DNA of 64,000 nucleotides, from positions 17,608,001 to 17,672,000 of the forward strand of contig NC_043000.1 of the NCBI RefSeq assembly GCF_006345805.1. Direction: 5' to 3'. The position numbers and the translations under genes were made by a program. The notes under the pieces were generated by a model, which made no database searches, was not told the origin of the DNA, and was given only the letters and a program-made list of their open reading frames with translations. Below, in pieces: positions 63,000 to 64,000 of this stretch (within the stretch, counting starts at the first letter, position 1; each line of letters opens with the position of its first letter). Origin of the DNA: Octopus sinensis (lineage: Eukaryota).

Positions 63000-63362
63000 C
63001 ACACACACACACTGACACTTATACATACATACATACATACATACATTCACACATACATTCACTCATATACATGCATACGTACATACATACATACATTCAT
63101 ACATACATACATACATACATACAAACACACACACATACATACATACATACATACATACATACTTACATTCACACATACATTCACTCATCTACATGCATAC
63201 ATACATACGTACATACATACATACATACATACATTCATACATACATACATACATACATACATACATACACACACACATACATACATACATACATACATAC
63301 ATACATACATACATACACACACACATACATACATACGTACATACATGCATACATAAACACAC

Positions 63363-63394
<32 letters not shown>

Positions 63395-63420
63395 ACATAC
63401 ATACATACATACATATATAC
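63000..63420. repeat. (TACA)n/(CA)n microsatellite
   Basis: Direct reading. Confidence 0.95.
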
Positions 63421-63751
63421 ATACGTGTTGTGTGTGTGTTATCTAAATACACATAGTGTACTTCCTTTCAGTCAATTATTTTTTTGTGAGTGGCAAATAT
63501 TGGGTCAATTATTTCTTCTTATGATGTAATAAAATGAGAGGACGATATCAACAAAACACAGTTTTTTTTTTACTGGTTTATTTATTATGTGGGTGGGTTC
63601 TTTGATGATACATTAAGATCTACTGCTGAATCTACATCTTAATTTCAGTATTTAGTGGTTACTACATTATTATCATTCTAAATTGTTATTCATAGAACAT
63701 TTACAATAACTCCAACAACATTGAATTACATGAATATAAAGACAAAGAGTA

Positions 63752-64000
63752 TCATCATCATCATCATCATTTAATGTCCGTTTTCCACGCTAGCACAGGT
63801 TGGACGGTTCGACCGGGGTCTGGGAAGCCAGGGGCTGCACCAGGCTCCAGTCTGATCTGGCAGAGTTTCTACAGCTGGATGCCCTTCCTAACGCCAACCA
63901 CTCCACGACTGTAGTGGGTACTTTTTACGTGCCACCTGCACAGGTGCCAGGGGGGTCCGGCATCGGCCACGATCGGTTGGAGCTTTTAACGTGTCACTGG
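63752..64000 (-). mobile_element. RTE 3' end (family C), runs off the window
   Basis: (CAT)n-TTAATGTCCGTTTTCCACGCTAGCAC. Confidence 0.85.

Overview
Eukaryotic, repeat-saturated window, very probably intronic or intergenic DNA from an octopus. This is inferred from the CORE/Meta-type tRNA-derived SINEs, the RTE and Dong/R4 LINE remnants and the extreme microsatellite density. No intact host gene, tRNA/rRNA gene or CRISPR array can be supported, and almost all long ORFs in the track are microsatellite or antisense-SINE artefacts. Contents: more than 25 copies of a composite tRNA-CORE SINE (family A), about 20 copies of a second tRNA SINE (family B/B2), several RTE LINE families (one with a PHD finger inside the RT region, plus about 15 truncated 3' ends), three Dong/R4 restriction-like-endonuclease LINE fragments (two sitting in (TAA)n tracts), non-autonomous Helitrons, piggyBac-like MITEs, tandem and foldback duplications. 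The most notable signal, not explained by the ORF track, is a set of about 10 minimal type I hammerhead-ribozyme-like motifs from about five unrelated sequence families, probably Penelope-like element pLTR remnants. They include a head-to-head inverted pair with canonical cores (31157-31527), a U3-A8 covariant core (4461-4496) and a loop-less GAAACGUA family with a U6 core (4253-4290, 61874-61911). All structures were folded by eye and none has been tested. Coordinates of repeat boundaries are approximate unless termini or TSDs are quoted.
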